The notes under the pieces are model-generated. The model did not search any database. It worked only from the letters and a program-made list of their open reading frames with translations, and was not told where the DNA came from. This document shows, one piece after another, positions 40,201-54,200 of a DNA stretch of 64,000 nt. The position numbers and the translations under genes were made by a program. This stretch comes from the human T2T-CHM13v2.0 reference genome, Homo sapiens. Positions within the stretch are counted from its first letter, which is position 1, and the number at the start of each line of letters is the position of its first letter. The stretch lies in NCBI RefSeq assembly GCF_009914755.1, contig NC_060941.1; one strand, given 5' to 3'.

Positions 40201-43200
40201 AGAAAATACTTTGTGATGATTGAGTTTAACTCACAGAGCTGAACATTCCTTTGGATGGAGCAGGTTTGAGACACACCTTTTGTAGAATCTACAAGTGGAT
40301 ATTTGGACCTCTCTGAGGATTTCGTTGGAAACGGGATAACTGCACCTAACTAAACGGAAGCATTCTCAGAAACTTCTTGGTGATGTTTGCATTCAAATCC
40401 CAGAGTTGAACCTTCCTTTGATAGTTCAGGTTTGAAACACTCTTTTTGTAGGATCTGCAAGTGGATATTTGGACCACTCTGTGGCCTTCGTTCGAAACGG
40501 GTATATCTTCGCATAAAATCTAGACAGAAGCCTTCTCAGAAACTTCTCTGTGATGATTGCATTCAACTCACAGAGTTGAACCCTCCTATGGATAGAGCAG
40601 TGTTGAAACTCTCTTTTTGTGGAATCTGCAAGTGGATATGTGGACCTCTCCGAAGATGTCTTTGGAAACGGGAATATCTTCACATAAAAACTAAACAGAA
40701 GCATTCTCAGAAACTTCTCTGTGATGTTTGTGTTCAACTCCCAGAGTTTCACATTGCTTTTCATAGAGTAGTTCTGAAACATGCTTTTCGTAGTGTCTAC
40801 AAGTGGACATTTGGAGCGCTTTCAGGCCTGTGGTGGAAAACGAATTATGGTCACATAAAAACTGGAGAGAAGCATTGTCAGAAACTTCTTTGTGATGATT
40901 GCATTCAACTCACAGAGTTGAAGGTTCCTTTTCAAAGAGCAGTTTCCAATCACTCTTTCTGTGGAGTCTGCAAGTGGATATTTGGACCTATTTTGAAGAT
41001 TTCGTTGGAAACGGGAGAATCTTCACAGGAAAGCTAAACAGAAGCATTCTCAGAAACTTCTTTGTGATGCTTGCATTCAACTCACAGAGTTGAACTTTCC
41101 TTTCGAGAGAGAAGCTTTGAAACACTCTTTTTCCAGAATCTGCAAGTGGACATTTGGAGGGCTTTGAGGCCTGTGGTGGAAAAGGAATTATCTTCCCGTA
41201 AAAGCTAGATAGAAGCATTCTCAGAAACTACTTTGTGATGATTGCATTCAAGTCACAGAGTTGAACATTCCCTTTGACAGAGCAGTTTGGAAACTCTCTT
41301 TGTGTAGAATCTGCAAGTGGAGATATGGACCGCTTTGAGGCCTATGGTAGTAAAGGAAATAGCTTCATATAAAAGCTAGACAGTAGCATTCACAGAAAAC
41401 TCTTGGTGACGACTGAGTTTAACTCACAGAGCTGAACATTCCTTTGGATGGAGCAGTTTCGAAACACACTATTTGTAGAATGTGCAAGTGGATATTTAGG
41501 CCTCTCTGAGGATTTCGTTGGAAACGGGATAAACCGCACAGAACTAAACAGAAGCATTCTCAGAACCTTCTTCGTGATGTTTGCATTCAACTCACAGTGT
41601 TGAACCTTTCTTTGATAGTTCAGGTTTGAAACGGTCTTGCTGTAGAAACTGCAAGTAGATATTTGGACCTCTCTGAGGATTTCGTTGGAAACGGGATAAC
41701 CCGCACAGAACTAAAACAGAAGCATTCTCAGAACCCTCTTCGTGATGTTTGCATTCAACTCACAGTGCTGAACCTTTCTTTGATAGTTCAGCTTTGAAAC
41801 ACTCTTTTTGTAGAAACTGCAAGTGGATATTTGGTCCTCTCTGAGGATTTCGTTGGAAACGGGATAAACTGCACAGAACTAAACAGAAGCATTCTCAGAA
41901 CCTTCTTCGTGATGTCTGCATTCAACTCACAGTGTGGAACCTTTCTTTGATAGTTCAGGTTTGAAACACTCTTTTTGTAGAAACTGCAAGGGGATAATTG
42001 CACTCTTTGAGGAGTACCGTAGTAAAGGAAATAACTTCCTATAAAAAGAAGACAGAAGCTTTCTCAGAAAATTCTTTGGGATGATTGAGTTGAACTCACA
42101 GAGCTGAGCATTCCTTGCGATGTAGCAGTTTAGAAACACACTTTCTGCAGAATCTGCAAGTGCATATTTGGACCTCTGTGAGGAATTCGTTGGAAACGGG
42201 ATAATTTCAGCTGACTAAACAGAAGCAGTCTCAGAATCTTCTTTGTGATGTTTGCATTCAAATCCCCGAGTTGAACTTTCCTTTCAAAGTTCACGTTTGA
42301 AACACTCTTTTTGCAGGATCTACAAGTGGATATTTGGACCACTCTGTGTCCTTCGTTCGAAACGGGTATATCTTCACATGACATCTAGACAGAAGCATCC
42401 TCAGAAGCTTCTCTGTGATGACTGCATTCAACTCACGGAGTTGAACACTCCTTTTGAGAGCGCAGTTTTGAAACTCTCTTTCTGTGGCATCTGCAAGGGG
42501 ACATGTAGACCTCTTTGAAGATTTCGTTGGAAACGGAATCATCTTCACATAAAAACTATACAGATGCATTCTCAGGAACTTTTTGGTGATGTTTGTATTC
42601 AACTCCCAGAGTTGAACTTTCCTTTGGAAAGAGCAGCTATGAAACACTCTTTTTCTAGAATCTGCAAGTGGACGTTTCGAGGGCTTTGTGGTTTGTGGTG
42701 GAAAAGGAAATATCTTCACCTAAATACTAGATAGAAGCATTCTCAGAAACTGCTTTGTGATGATTGCATTCACCTCACAGAGTTGAACATTCCTATTGAT
42801 AGAGCAGTTTGGAAACACTCTTGTTGTGGAATGTGCAAGTGGAGATTTGGAGCGCTTTGAGGCCTATGGTAGTAAAGGGAATAGCTTCATAGAAAAACTA
42901 GACAGAAGCATTCTCAGAAAATACTTTGTGATGATTGAGTTTAACTCACAGAGCTGAACATTCCTTTGGATGGAGCAGGTTTGAGACACACCTTTTGTAG
43001 AATCTACAAGTGGATATTTGGACCTCTCTGAGGATTTCGTTGGAAACGGGATAACTGCACCTAACTAAACGGAAGCATTCTCAGAAACTTCTTGGTGATG
43101 TTTGCATTCAAATCCCAGAGTTGAACCTTCCTTTGATAGTTCAGGTTTGAAACACTCTTTTTGTAGGATCTGCAAGTGGATATTTGGACCACTCTGTGGC

Positions 43201-46200
43201 CTTCGTTCGAAACGGGTATATCTTCGCATAAAATCTAGACAGAAGCCTTCTCAGAAACTTCTCTGTGATGATTGCATTCAACTCACAGAGTTGAACCCTC
43301 CTATGGATAGAGCAGTGTTGAAACTCTCTTTTTGTGGAATCTGCAAGTGGATATGTGGACCTCTCCGAAGATGTCTTTGGAAACGGGAATATCTTCACAT
43401 AAAAACTAAACAGAAGCATTCTCAGAAACTTCTCTGTGATGTTTGTGTTCAACTCCCAGAGTTTCACATTGCTTTTCATAGAGTAGTTCTGAAACATGCT
43501 TTTCGTAGTGTCTACAAGTGGACATTTGGAGCGCTTTCAGGCCTGTGGTGGAAAACGAATTATGGTCACATAAAAACTGGAGAGAAGCATTGTCAGAAAC
43601 TTCTTTGTGATGATTGCATTCAACTCACAGAGTTGAAGGTTCCTTTTCAAAGAGCAGTTTCCAATCACTCTTTGTGTGGAATCTGCAAGTGGATATTCGG
43701 ACCTAATTTGAAGATTTCGTTGGAAACGGGAGAATCTTCACAGGAAAGCTAAACAGAAGCATTCTCAGAAACTTCTTTGTGATGCTTGCATTCAACTCAC
43801 AGAGTTGAACTTTCCTTTCGAGAGAGAAGCTTTGAAACACTCTTTTTCCAGAATCTGCAAGTGGACATTTGGAGGGCTTTGAGGCCTGTGGTGGAAAAGG
43901 AATTATCTTCCCGTAAAAGCTAGATAGAAGCATTCTCAGAAACTACTTTGTGATGATTGCATTCAAGTCACAGAGTTGAACATTCCCTTTGACAGAGCAG
44001 TTTGGAAACTCTCTTTGTGTAGAATCTGCAAGTGGAGATATGGACCGCTTTGAGGCCTATGGTAGTAAAGGAAATAGCTTCATATAAAAGCTAGACAGTA
44101 GCATTCACAGAAAACTCTTGGTGACGACTGAGTTTAACTCACAGAGCTGAACATTCCTTTGGATGGAGCAGTTTCGAAACACACTATTTGTAGAATGTGC
44201 AAGTGGATATTTAGGCCTCTCTGAGGATTTCGTTGGAAACGGGATAAACCGCACAGAACTAAACAGAAGCATTCTCAGAACCTTCTTCGTGATGTTTGCA
44301 TTCAACTCACAGTGTTGAACCTTTCTTTGATAGTTCAGGTTTGAAACGGTCTTTCTGTAGAAACTGCAAGTAGATATTTGGACCTCTCTGAGGATTTCGT
44401 TGGAAACGGGATAACCCGCACAGAACTAAAACAGAAGCATTCTCAGAACCCTCTTCGTGATGTTTGCATTCAACTCACAGTGCTGAACCTTTCTTTGATA
44501 GTTCAGCTTTGAAACACTCTTTTTGTAGAAACTGCAAGTGGATATTTGGTCCTCTCTGAGCATTTCGTTGGAAACGGGATAAACTGCACAGAACTAAACA
44601 GAAGCATTCTCAGAACCTTCTTCGTGATGTCTGCATTCAACTCACAGTGTGGAACCTTTCTTTGATAGTTCAGGTTTGAAACACTCTTTTTGTAGAAACT
44701 GCAAGGGGATAATTGCACTCTTTGAGGAGTACCGTAGTAAAGGAAATAACTTCCTATAAAAAGAAGACAGAAGCTTTCTCAGAAAATTCTTTGGGATGAT
44801 TGAGTTGAACTCACAGAGCTGAGCATTCCTTGCGATGTAGCAGTTTAGAAACACACTTTCTGCAGAATCTGCAAGTGCATATTTGGACCTCTGTGAGGAA
44901 TTCGTTGGAAACGGGATAATTTCAGCTGACTAAACAGAAGCAGTCTCAGAATCTTCTTTGTGATGTTTGCATTCAAATCCCCGAGTTGAACTTTCCTTTC
45001 AAAGTTCACGTTTGAAACACTCTTTTTGCAGGATCTACAAGTGGATATTTGGACCACTCTGTGTCCTTCGTTCGAAACGGGTATATCTTCACATGACATC
45101 CAGACAGAAGCATCCTCAGAAGCTTCTCTGTGATGACTGCATTCAACTCACGGAGTTGAACACTCCTTTTGAGAGCGCAGTTTTGAAACTCTCTTTCTGT
45201 GGCATCTGCAAGGGGACATGTAGACCTCTTTGAAGATTTCGTTGGAAACGGAATCATCTTCACATAAAAACTATACAGATGCATTCTCAGGAACTTTTTG
45301 GTGATGTTTGTATTCAACTCCCAGAGTTGAACTTTCCTTTGGAAAGAGCAGCTATGAAACACTCTTTTTCTAGAATCTGCAAGTGGACGTTTGGAGGGCT
45401 TTGTGGTTTGTGGTGGAAAAGGAAATATCTTCACCTAAATACTAGATAGAAGCATTCTCAGAAACTGCTTTGTGATGATTGCATTCACCTCACAGAGTTG
45501 AACATTCCTATTGATAGAGCAGTTTGGAAACACTCTTGTTGTGGAATGTGCAAGTGGAGATTTGGAGCGCTTTGAGGCCTATGGTAGTAAAGGGAATAGC
45601 TTCATAGAAAAACTAGACAGAAGCATTCTCAGAAAATACTTTGTGATGATTGAGTTTAACTCACAGAGCTGAACATTCCTTTGGATGGAGCAGGTTTGAG
45701 ACACACCTTTTGTAGAATCTACAAGTGGATATTTGGACCTCTCTGAGGATTTCGTTGGAAACGGGATAACTGCACCTAACTAAACGGAAGCATTCTCAGA
45801 AACTTCTTGGTGATGTTTGCATTCAAATCCCAGAGTTGAACCTTCCTTTGATAGTTCAGGTTTGAAACACTCTTTTTGTAGGATCTGCAAGTGGATATTT
45901 GGACCACTCTGTGGCCTTCGTTCGAAACGGGTATATCTTCGCATAAAATCTAGACAGAAGCCTTCTCAGAAACTTCTCTGTGATGATTGCATTCAACTCA
46001 CAGAGTTGAACCCTCCTATGGATAGAGCAGTGTTGAAACTCTCTTTTTGTGGAATCTGCAAGTGGATTTGTGGACCTCTCCGAAGATGTCTTTGGAAACG
46101 GGAATATCTTCACATAAAAACTAAACAGAAGCATTCTCAGAAACTTCTCTGTGATGTTTGTGTTCAACTCCCAGAGTTTCACATTGCTTTTCATAGAGTA

Positions 46201-48870
46201 GTTCTGAAACATGCTTTTCGTAGTGTCTACAAGTGGACATTTGGAGCGCTTTCAGGCCTGTGGTGGAAAACGAATTATGGTCACATAAAAACTGGAGAGA
46301 AGCATTGTCAGAAACTTCTTTGTGATGATTGCATTCAACTCACAGAGTTGAAGGTTCCTTTTCAAAGAGCAGTTTCCAATCACTCTTTCTGTGGAGTCTG
46401 CAAGTGGATATTTGGACCTATTTTGAAGATTTCGTTGGAAACGGGAGAATCTTCACAGGAAAGCTAAACAGAAGCATTCTCAGAAACTTCTTTGTGATGC
46501 TTGCATTCAACTCACAGAGTTGAACTTTCCTTTCGAGAGAGAAGCTTTGAAACACTCTTTTTCCAGAATCTGCAAGTGGACATTTGGAGGGCTTTGAGGC
46601 CTGTGGTGGAAAAGGAATTATCTTCCCGTAAAAGCTAGATAGAAGCATTCTCAGAAACTACTTTGTGATGATTGCATTCAAGTCACAGAGTTGAACATTC
46701 CCTTTGACAGAGCAGTTTGGAAACTCTCTTTGTGTAGAATCTGCAAGTGGAGATATGGACCGCTTTGAGGCCTATGGTAGTAAAGGAAATAGCTTCATAT
46801 AAAAGCTAGACAGTAGCATTCACAGAAAACTCTTGGTGACGACTGAGTTTAACTCACAGAGCTGAACATTCCTTTGGATGGAGCAGTTTCGAAACACACT
46901 ATTTGTAGAATGTGCAAGTGGATATTTGGGCCTCTCTGAGGATTTCGTTGGAAACGGGATAAACCGCACAGAACTAAACAGAAGCATTCTCAGAACCTTC
47001 TTCGTGATGTTTGCATTCAACTCACAGTGTTGAACCTTTCTTTGATAGTTCAGGTTTGAAACGGTCTTTCTGTAGAAACTGCAAGTAGATATTTGGACCT
47101 CTCTGAGGATTTCGTTGGAAACGGGATAACCCGCACAGAACTAAAACAGAAGCATTCTCAGAACCCTCTTCGTGATGTTTGCATTCAACTCACAGTGCTG
47201 AACCTTTCTTTGATAGTTCAGCTTTGAAACACTCTTTTTGTAGAAACTGCAAGTGGATATTTGGTCCTCTCTGAGCATTTCGTTGGAAACGGGATAAACT
47301 GCACAGAACTAAACAGAAGCATTCTCAGAACCTTCTTCGTGATGTCTGCATTCAACTCACAGTGTGGAACCTTTCTTTGATAGTTCAGGTTTGAAACACT
47401 CTTTTTGTAGAAACTGCAAGGGGATAATTGCACTCTTTGAGGAGTACCGTAGTAAAGGAAATAACTTCCTATAAAAAGAAGACAGAAGCTTTCTCAGAAA
47501 ATTCTTTGGGATGATTGAGTTGAACTCACAGAGCTGAGCATTCCTTGCGATGTAGCAGTTTAGAAACACACTTTCTGCAGAATCTGCAAGTGCATATTTG
47601 GACCTCTGTGAGGAATTCGTTGGAAACGGGATAATTTCAGCTGACTAAACAGAAGCAGTCTCAGAATCTTCTTTGTGATGTTTGCATTCAAATCCCCGAG
47701 TTGAACTTTCCTTTCAAAGTTCACGTTTGAAACACTCTTTTTGCAGGATCTACAAGTGGATATTTGGACCACTCTGTGTCCTTCGTTCGAAACGGGTATA
47801 TCTTCACATGACATCTAGACAGAAGCATCCTCAGAAGCTTCTCTGTGATGACTGCATTCAACTCACGGAGTTGAACACTCCTTTTGAGAGCGCAGTTTTG
47901 AAACTCTCTTTCTGTGGCATCTGCAAGGGGACATGTAGACCTCTTTGAAGATTTCGTTGGAAACGGAATCATCTTCACATAAAAACTATACAGATGCATT
48001 CTCAGGAACTTTTTGGTGATGTTTGTATTCAACTCCCAGAGTTGAACTTTCCTTTGGAAAGAGCAGCTATGAAACACTCTTTTTCTAGAATCTGCAAGTG
48101 GACGTTTGGAGGGCTTTGTGGTTTGTGGTGGAAAAGGAAATATCTTCACCTAAATACTAGATAGAAGCATTCTCAGAAACTGCTTTGTGATGATTGCATT
48201 CACCTCACAGAGTTGAACATTCCTATTGATAGAGCAGTTTGGAAACACTCTTGTTGTGGAATGTGCAAGTGGAGATTTGGAGCGCTTTGAGGCCTATGGT
48301 AGTAAAGGGAATAGCTTCATAGAAAAACTAGACAGAAGCATTCTCAGAAAATACTTTGTGATGATTGAGTTTAACTCACAGAGCTGAACATTCCTTTGGA
48401 TGGAGCAGGTTTGAGACACACCTTTTGTAGAATCTACAAGTGGATATTTGGACCTCTCTGAGGATTTCGTTGGAAACGGGATAACTGCACCTAACTAAAC
48501 GGAAGCATTCTCAGAAACTTCTTGGTGATGTTTGCATTCAAATCCCAGAGTTGAACCTTCCTTTGATAGTTCAGGTTTGAAACACTCTTTTTGTAGGATC
48601 TGCAAGTGGATATTTGGACCACTCTGTGGCCTTCGTTCGAAACGGGTATATCTTCGCATAAAATCTAGACAGAAGCCTTCTCAGAAACTTCTCTGTGATG
48701 ATTGCATTCAACTCACAGAGTTGAACCCTCCTATGGATAGAGCAGTGTTGAAACTCTCTTTTTGTGGAATCTGCAAGTGGATATGTGGACCTCTCCGAAG
48801 ATGTCTTTGGAAACGGGAATATCTTCACATAAAAACTAAACAGAAGCATTCTCAGAAACTTCTCTGTGAT

Positions 48871-51250
48871 GTTTGTGTTCAACTCCCAGAGTTTCACATT
48901 GCTTTTCATAGAGTAGTTCTGAAACATGCTTTTCGTAGTGTCTACAAGTGGACATTTGGAGCGCTTTCAGGCCTGTGGTGGAAAACGAATTATGGTCACA
49001 TAAAAACTGGAGAGAAGCATTGTCAGAAACTTCTTTGTGATGATTGCATTCAACTCACAGAGTTGAAGGTTCCTTTTCAAAGAGCAGTTTCCAATCACTC
49101 TTTGTGTGGAATCTGCAAGTGGATATTCGGACCTATTTTGAAGATTTCGTTGGAAACGGGAGAATCTTCACAGGAAAGCTAAACAGAAGCATTCTCAGAA
49201 ACTTCTTTGTGATGCTTGCATTCAACTCACAGAGTTGAACTTTCCTTTCGAGAGAGAAGCTTTGAAACACTCTTTTACCAGAATCTGCAAGTGGACATTT
49301 GGAGGGCTTTGAGGCCTGTGGTGGAAAAGGAATTATCTTCCCGTAAAAGCTAGATAGAAGCATTCTCAGAAACTACTTTGTGATGATTGCATTCAAGTCA
49401 CAGAGTTGAACATTCCCTTTGACAGAGCAGTTTGGAAACTCTCTTTGTGTAGAATCTGCAAGTGGAGATATGGACCGCTTTGAGGCCTATGGTAGTAAAG
49501 GAAATAGCTTCATATAAAAGCTAGACAGTAGCATTCACAGAAAACTCTTGGTGACGACTGAGTTTAACTCACAGAGCTGAACATTCCTTTGGATGGAGCA
49601 GTTTCGAAACACACTATTTGTAGAATGTGCAAGTGGATATTTGGGCCTCTCTGAGGATTTCGTTGGAAACGGGATAAACCGCACAGAACTAAACAGAAGC
49701 ATTCTCAGAACCTTCTTCGTGATGTTTGCATTCAACTCACAGTGTTGAACCTTTCTTTGATAGTTCAGGTTTGAAACGGTCTTTCTGTAGAAACTGCAAG
49801 GGGATAATTGCACTCTTTGAGGAGTACCGTAGTAAAGGAAATAACTTCCTATAAAAAGAAGACAGAAGCTTTCTCAGAAAATTCTTTGGGATGATTGAGT
49901 TGAACTCACAGAGCTGAGCATTCCTTGCGATGTAGCAGTTTAGAAACACACTTTCTGCAGAATCTGCAAGTGCATATTTGGACCTCTGTGAGGAATTCGT
50001 TGGAAACGGGATAATTTCAGCTGACTAAACAGAAGCAGTCTCAGAATCTTCTTTGTGATGTTTGCATTCAAATCCCCGAGTTGAACTTTCCTTTCAAAGT
50101 TCACGTTTGAAACACTCTTTTTGCAGGATCTACAAGTGGATATTTGGACCACTCTGTGTCCTTCGTTCGAAACGGGTATATCTTCACATGACATCCAGAC
50201 AGAAGCATCCTCAGAAGCTTCTCTGTGATGACTGCATTCAACTCACGGAGTTGAACACTCCTTTTGAGAGCGCAGTTTTGAAACTCTCTTTCTGTGGCAT
50301 CTGCAAGGGGACATGTAGACCTCTTTGAAGATTTCGTTGGAAACGGAATCATCTTCACATAAAAACTATACAGATGCATTCTCAGGAACTTTTTGGTGAT
50401 GTTTGTATTCAACTCCCAGAGTTGAACTTTCCTTTGGAAAGAGCAGCTATGAAACACGCTTTTTCTAGAATCTGCAAGTGGACGTTTGGAGGGCTTTGTG
50501 GTTTGTGGTGGAAAAGGAAATATCTTCACCTAAATACTAGATAGAAGCATTCTCAGAAACTGCTTTGTGATGATTGCATTCACCTCACAGAGTTGAACAT
50601 TCCTATTGATAGAGCAGTTTGGAAACACTCTTGTTGTGGAATGTGCAAGTGGAGATTTGGAGCGCTTTGAGGCCTATGGTAGTAAAGGGAATAGCTTCAT
50701 AGAAAAACTAGACAGAAGCATTCTCAGAAAATACTTTGTGATGATTGAGTTTAACTCACAGAGCTGAACATTCCTTTGGATGGAGCAGGTTTGAGACACA
50801 CCTTTTGTAGAATCTACAAGTGGATATTTGGACCTCTCTGAGGATTTCGTTGGAAACGGGATAACTGCACCTAACTAAACGGAAGCATTCTCAGAAACTT
50901 CTTGGTGATGTTTGCATTCAAATCCCAGAGTTGAACCTTCCTTTGATAGTTCAGGTTTGAAACACTCTTTTTGTAGGATCTGCAAGTGGATATTTGGACC
51001 ACTCTGTGGCCTTCGTTCGAAACGGGTATATCTTCGCATAAAATCTAGACAGAAGCCTTCTCAGAAACTTCTCTGTGATGATTGCATTCAACTCACAGAG
51101 TTGAACCCTCCTATGGATAGAGCAGTGTTGAAACTCTCTTTTTGTGGAATCTGCAAGTGGATATGTGGACCTCTCCGAAGATGTCTTTGGAAACGGGAAT
51201 ATCTTCACATAAAAACTAAACAGAAGCATTCTCAGAAACTTCTCTGTGAT
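48871..51250 (+). repeat. 14-mer variant HOR (2380 bp): 335-bp deletion of two monomers
   Basis: EcoRI spacing 47613->49993 is 2380 instead of 2715. The junction reads ACGGTCTTTC-TGTAGAAACTGCAAG-GGGATAATTG at 49776-49810, fusing unit offset 930 to offset 1266. The ORF track shows a unique fused 92-aa ORF at 49535..49813. Confidence 0.97.
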
Positions 51251-54200
51251 GTTTGTGTTCAACTCCCAGAGTTTCACATTGCTTTTCATAGAGTAGTTCT
51301 GAAACATGCTTTTCGTAGTGTCTACAAGTGGACATTTGGAGCGCTTTCAGGCCTGTGGTGGAAAACGAATTATGGTCACATAAAAACTGGAGAGAAGCAT
51401 TGTCAGAAACTTCTTTGTGATGATTGCATTCAACTCACAGAGTTGAAGGTTCCTTTTCAAAGAGCAGTTTCCAATCACTCTTTCTGTGGAGTCTGCAAGT
51501 GGATATTTGGACCTATTTTGAAGATTTCGTTGGAAACGGGAGAATCTTCACAGGAAAGCTAAACAGAAGCATTCTCAGAAACTTCTTTGTGATGCTTGCA
51601 TTCAACTCACAGAGTTGAACTTTCCTTTCGAGAGAGAAGCTTTGAAACACTCTTTTTCCAGAATCTGCAAGTGGACATTTGGAGGGCTTTGAGGCCTGTG
51701 GTGGAAAAGGAATTATCTTCCCGTAAAAGCTAGATAGAAGCATTCTCAGAAACTACTTTGTGATGATTGCATTCAAGTCACAGAGTTGAACATTCCCTTT
51801 GACAGAGCAGTTTGGAAACTCTCTTTGTGTAGAATCTGCAAGTGGAGATATGGACCGCTTTGAGGCCTATGGTAGTAAAGGAAATAGCTTCATATAAAAG
51901 CTAGACAGTAGCATTCACAGAAAACTCTTGGTGACGACTGAGTTTAACTCACAGAGCTGAACATTCCTTTGGATGGAGCAGTTTCGAAACACACTATTTG
52001 TAGAATGTGCAAGTGGATATTTGGGCCTCTCTGAGGATTTCGTTGGAAACGGGATAAACCGCACAGAACTAAACAGAAGCATTCTCAGAACCTTCTTCGT
52101 GATGTTTGCATTCAACTCACAGTGTTGAACCTTTCTTTGATAGTTCAGGTTTGAAACGGTCTTTCTGTAGAAACTGCAAGTAGATATTTGGACCTCTCTG
52201 AGGATTTCGTTGGAAACGGGATAACCCGCACAGAACTAAAACAGAAGCATTCTCAGAACCCTCTTCGTGATGTTTGCATTCAACTCACAGTGCTGAACCT
52301 TTCTTTGATAGTTCAGCTTTGAAACACTCTTTTTGTAGAAACTGCAAGTGGATATTTGGTCCTCTCTGAGGATTTCGTTGGAAACGGGATAAACTGCACA
52401 GAACTAAACAGAAGCATTCTCAGAACCTTCTTCGTGATGTCTGCATTCAACTCACAGTGTGGAACCTTTCTTTGATAGTTCAGGTTTGAAACACTCTTTT
52501 TGTAGAAACTGCAAGGGGATAATTGCACTCTTTGAGGAGTACCGTAGTAAAGGAAATAACTTCCTATAAAAAGAAGACAGAAGCTTTCTCAGAAAATTCT
52601 TTGGGATGATTGAGTTGAACTCACAGAGCTGAGCATTCCTTGCGATGTAGCAGTTTAGAAACACACTTTCTGCAGAATCTGCAAGTGCATATTTGGACCT
52701 CTGTGAGGAATTCGTTGGAAACGGGATAATTTCAGCTGACTAAACAGAAGCAGTCTCAGAATCTTCTTTGTGATGTTTGCATTCAAATCCCCGAGTTGAA
52801 CTTTCCTTTCAAAGTTCACGTTTGAAACACTCTTTTTACAGGATCTACAAGTGGATATTTGGACCACTCTGTGTCCTTCGTTCGAAACGGGTATATCTTC
52901 ACATGACATCTAGACAGAAGCATCCTCAGAAGCTTCTCTGTGATGACTGCATTCAACTCACGGAGTTGAACACTCCTTTTGAGAGCGCAGTTTTGAAACT
53001 CTCTTTCTGTGGCATCTGCAAGGGGACATGTAGACCTCTTTGAAGATTTCGTTGGAAACGGAATCATCTTCACATAAAAACTATACAGATGCATTCTCAG
53101 GAACTTTTTGGTGATGTTTGTATTCAACTCCCAGAGTTGAACTTTCCTTTGGAAAGAGCAGCTATGAAACACGCTTTTTCTAGAATCTGCAAGTGGACGT
53201 TTGGAGGGCTTTGTGGTTTGTGGTGGAAAAGGAAATATCTTCACCTAAATACTAGATAGAAGCATTCTCAGAAACTGCTTTGTGATGATTGCATTCACCT
53301 CACAGAGTTGAACATTCCTATTGATAGAGCAGTTTGGAAACACTCTTGTTGTGGAATGTGCAAGTGGAGATTTGGAGCGCTTTGAGGCCTATGGTAGTAA
53401 AGGGAATAGCTTCTTAGAAAAACTAGACAGAAGCATTCTCAGAAAATACTTTGTGATGATTGAGTTTAACTCACAGAGCTGAACATTCCTTTGGATGGAG
53501 CAGGTTTGAGACACACCTTTTGTAGAATCTACAAGTGGATATTTGGACCTCTCTGAGGATTTCGTTGGAAACGGGATAACTGCACCTAACTAAACGGAAG
53601 CATTCTCAGAAACTTCTTGGTGATGTTTGCATTCAAATCCCAGAGTTGAACCTTCCTTTGATAGTTCAGGTTTGAAACACTCTTTTTGTAGGATCTGCAA
53701 GTGGATATTTGGACCACTCTGTGGCCTTCGTTCGAAACGGGTATATCTTCGCATAAAATCTAGACAGAAGCCTTCTCAGAAACTTCTCTGTGATGATTGC
53801 ATTCAACTCACAGAGTTGAACCCTCCTATGGATAGAGCAGTGTTGAAACTCTCTTTTTGTGGAATCTGCAAGTGGATATGTGGACCTCTCCGAAGATGTC
53901 TTTGGAAACGGGAATATCTTCACATAAAAACTAAACAGAAGCATTCTCAGAAACTTCTCTGTGATGTTTGTGTTCAACTCCCAGAGTTTCACATTGCTTT
54001 TCATAGAGTAGTTCTGAAACATGCTTTTCGTAGTGTCTACAAGTGGACATTTGGAGCGCTTTCAGGCCTGTGGTGGAAAACGAATTATGGTCACATAAAA
54101 ACTGGAGAGAAGCATTGTCAGAAACTTCTTTGTGATGATTGCATTCAACTCACAGAGTTGAAGGTTCCTTTTCAAAGAGCAGTTTCCAATCACTCTTTCT

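Larger units (their letters stand above)
1..48870 (+). repeat. 18 consecutive canonical 16-mer HOR copies (U1-U18), >99% identical
   Basis: GTTTGTGTTCAACTCCCAGA recurs at 1, 2716, 5431, ... 10861, 21721, 32581, 43441, 46156, 48871, always 2715 bp apart. Only scattered substitutions were seen. Confidence 0.97.

Noticed and set aside
49535-49813. Unique 92-aa ORF
   Set aside because: It is a by-product of the 335-bp deletion fusing two satellite reading frames.
48871-51250. Insertion of a D17Z1-B (distinct 14-mer HOR) unit
   Set aside because: Apart from the clean deletion the unit is essentially identical to neighbouring 16-mers and shares their SNVs. D17Z1-B is a separately diverged HOR.
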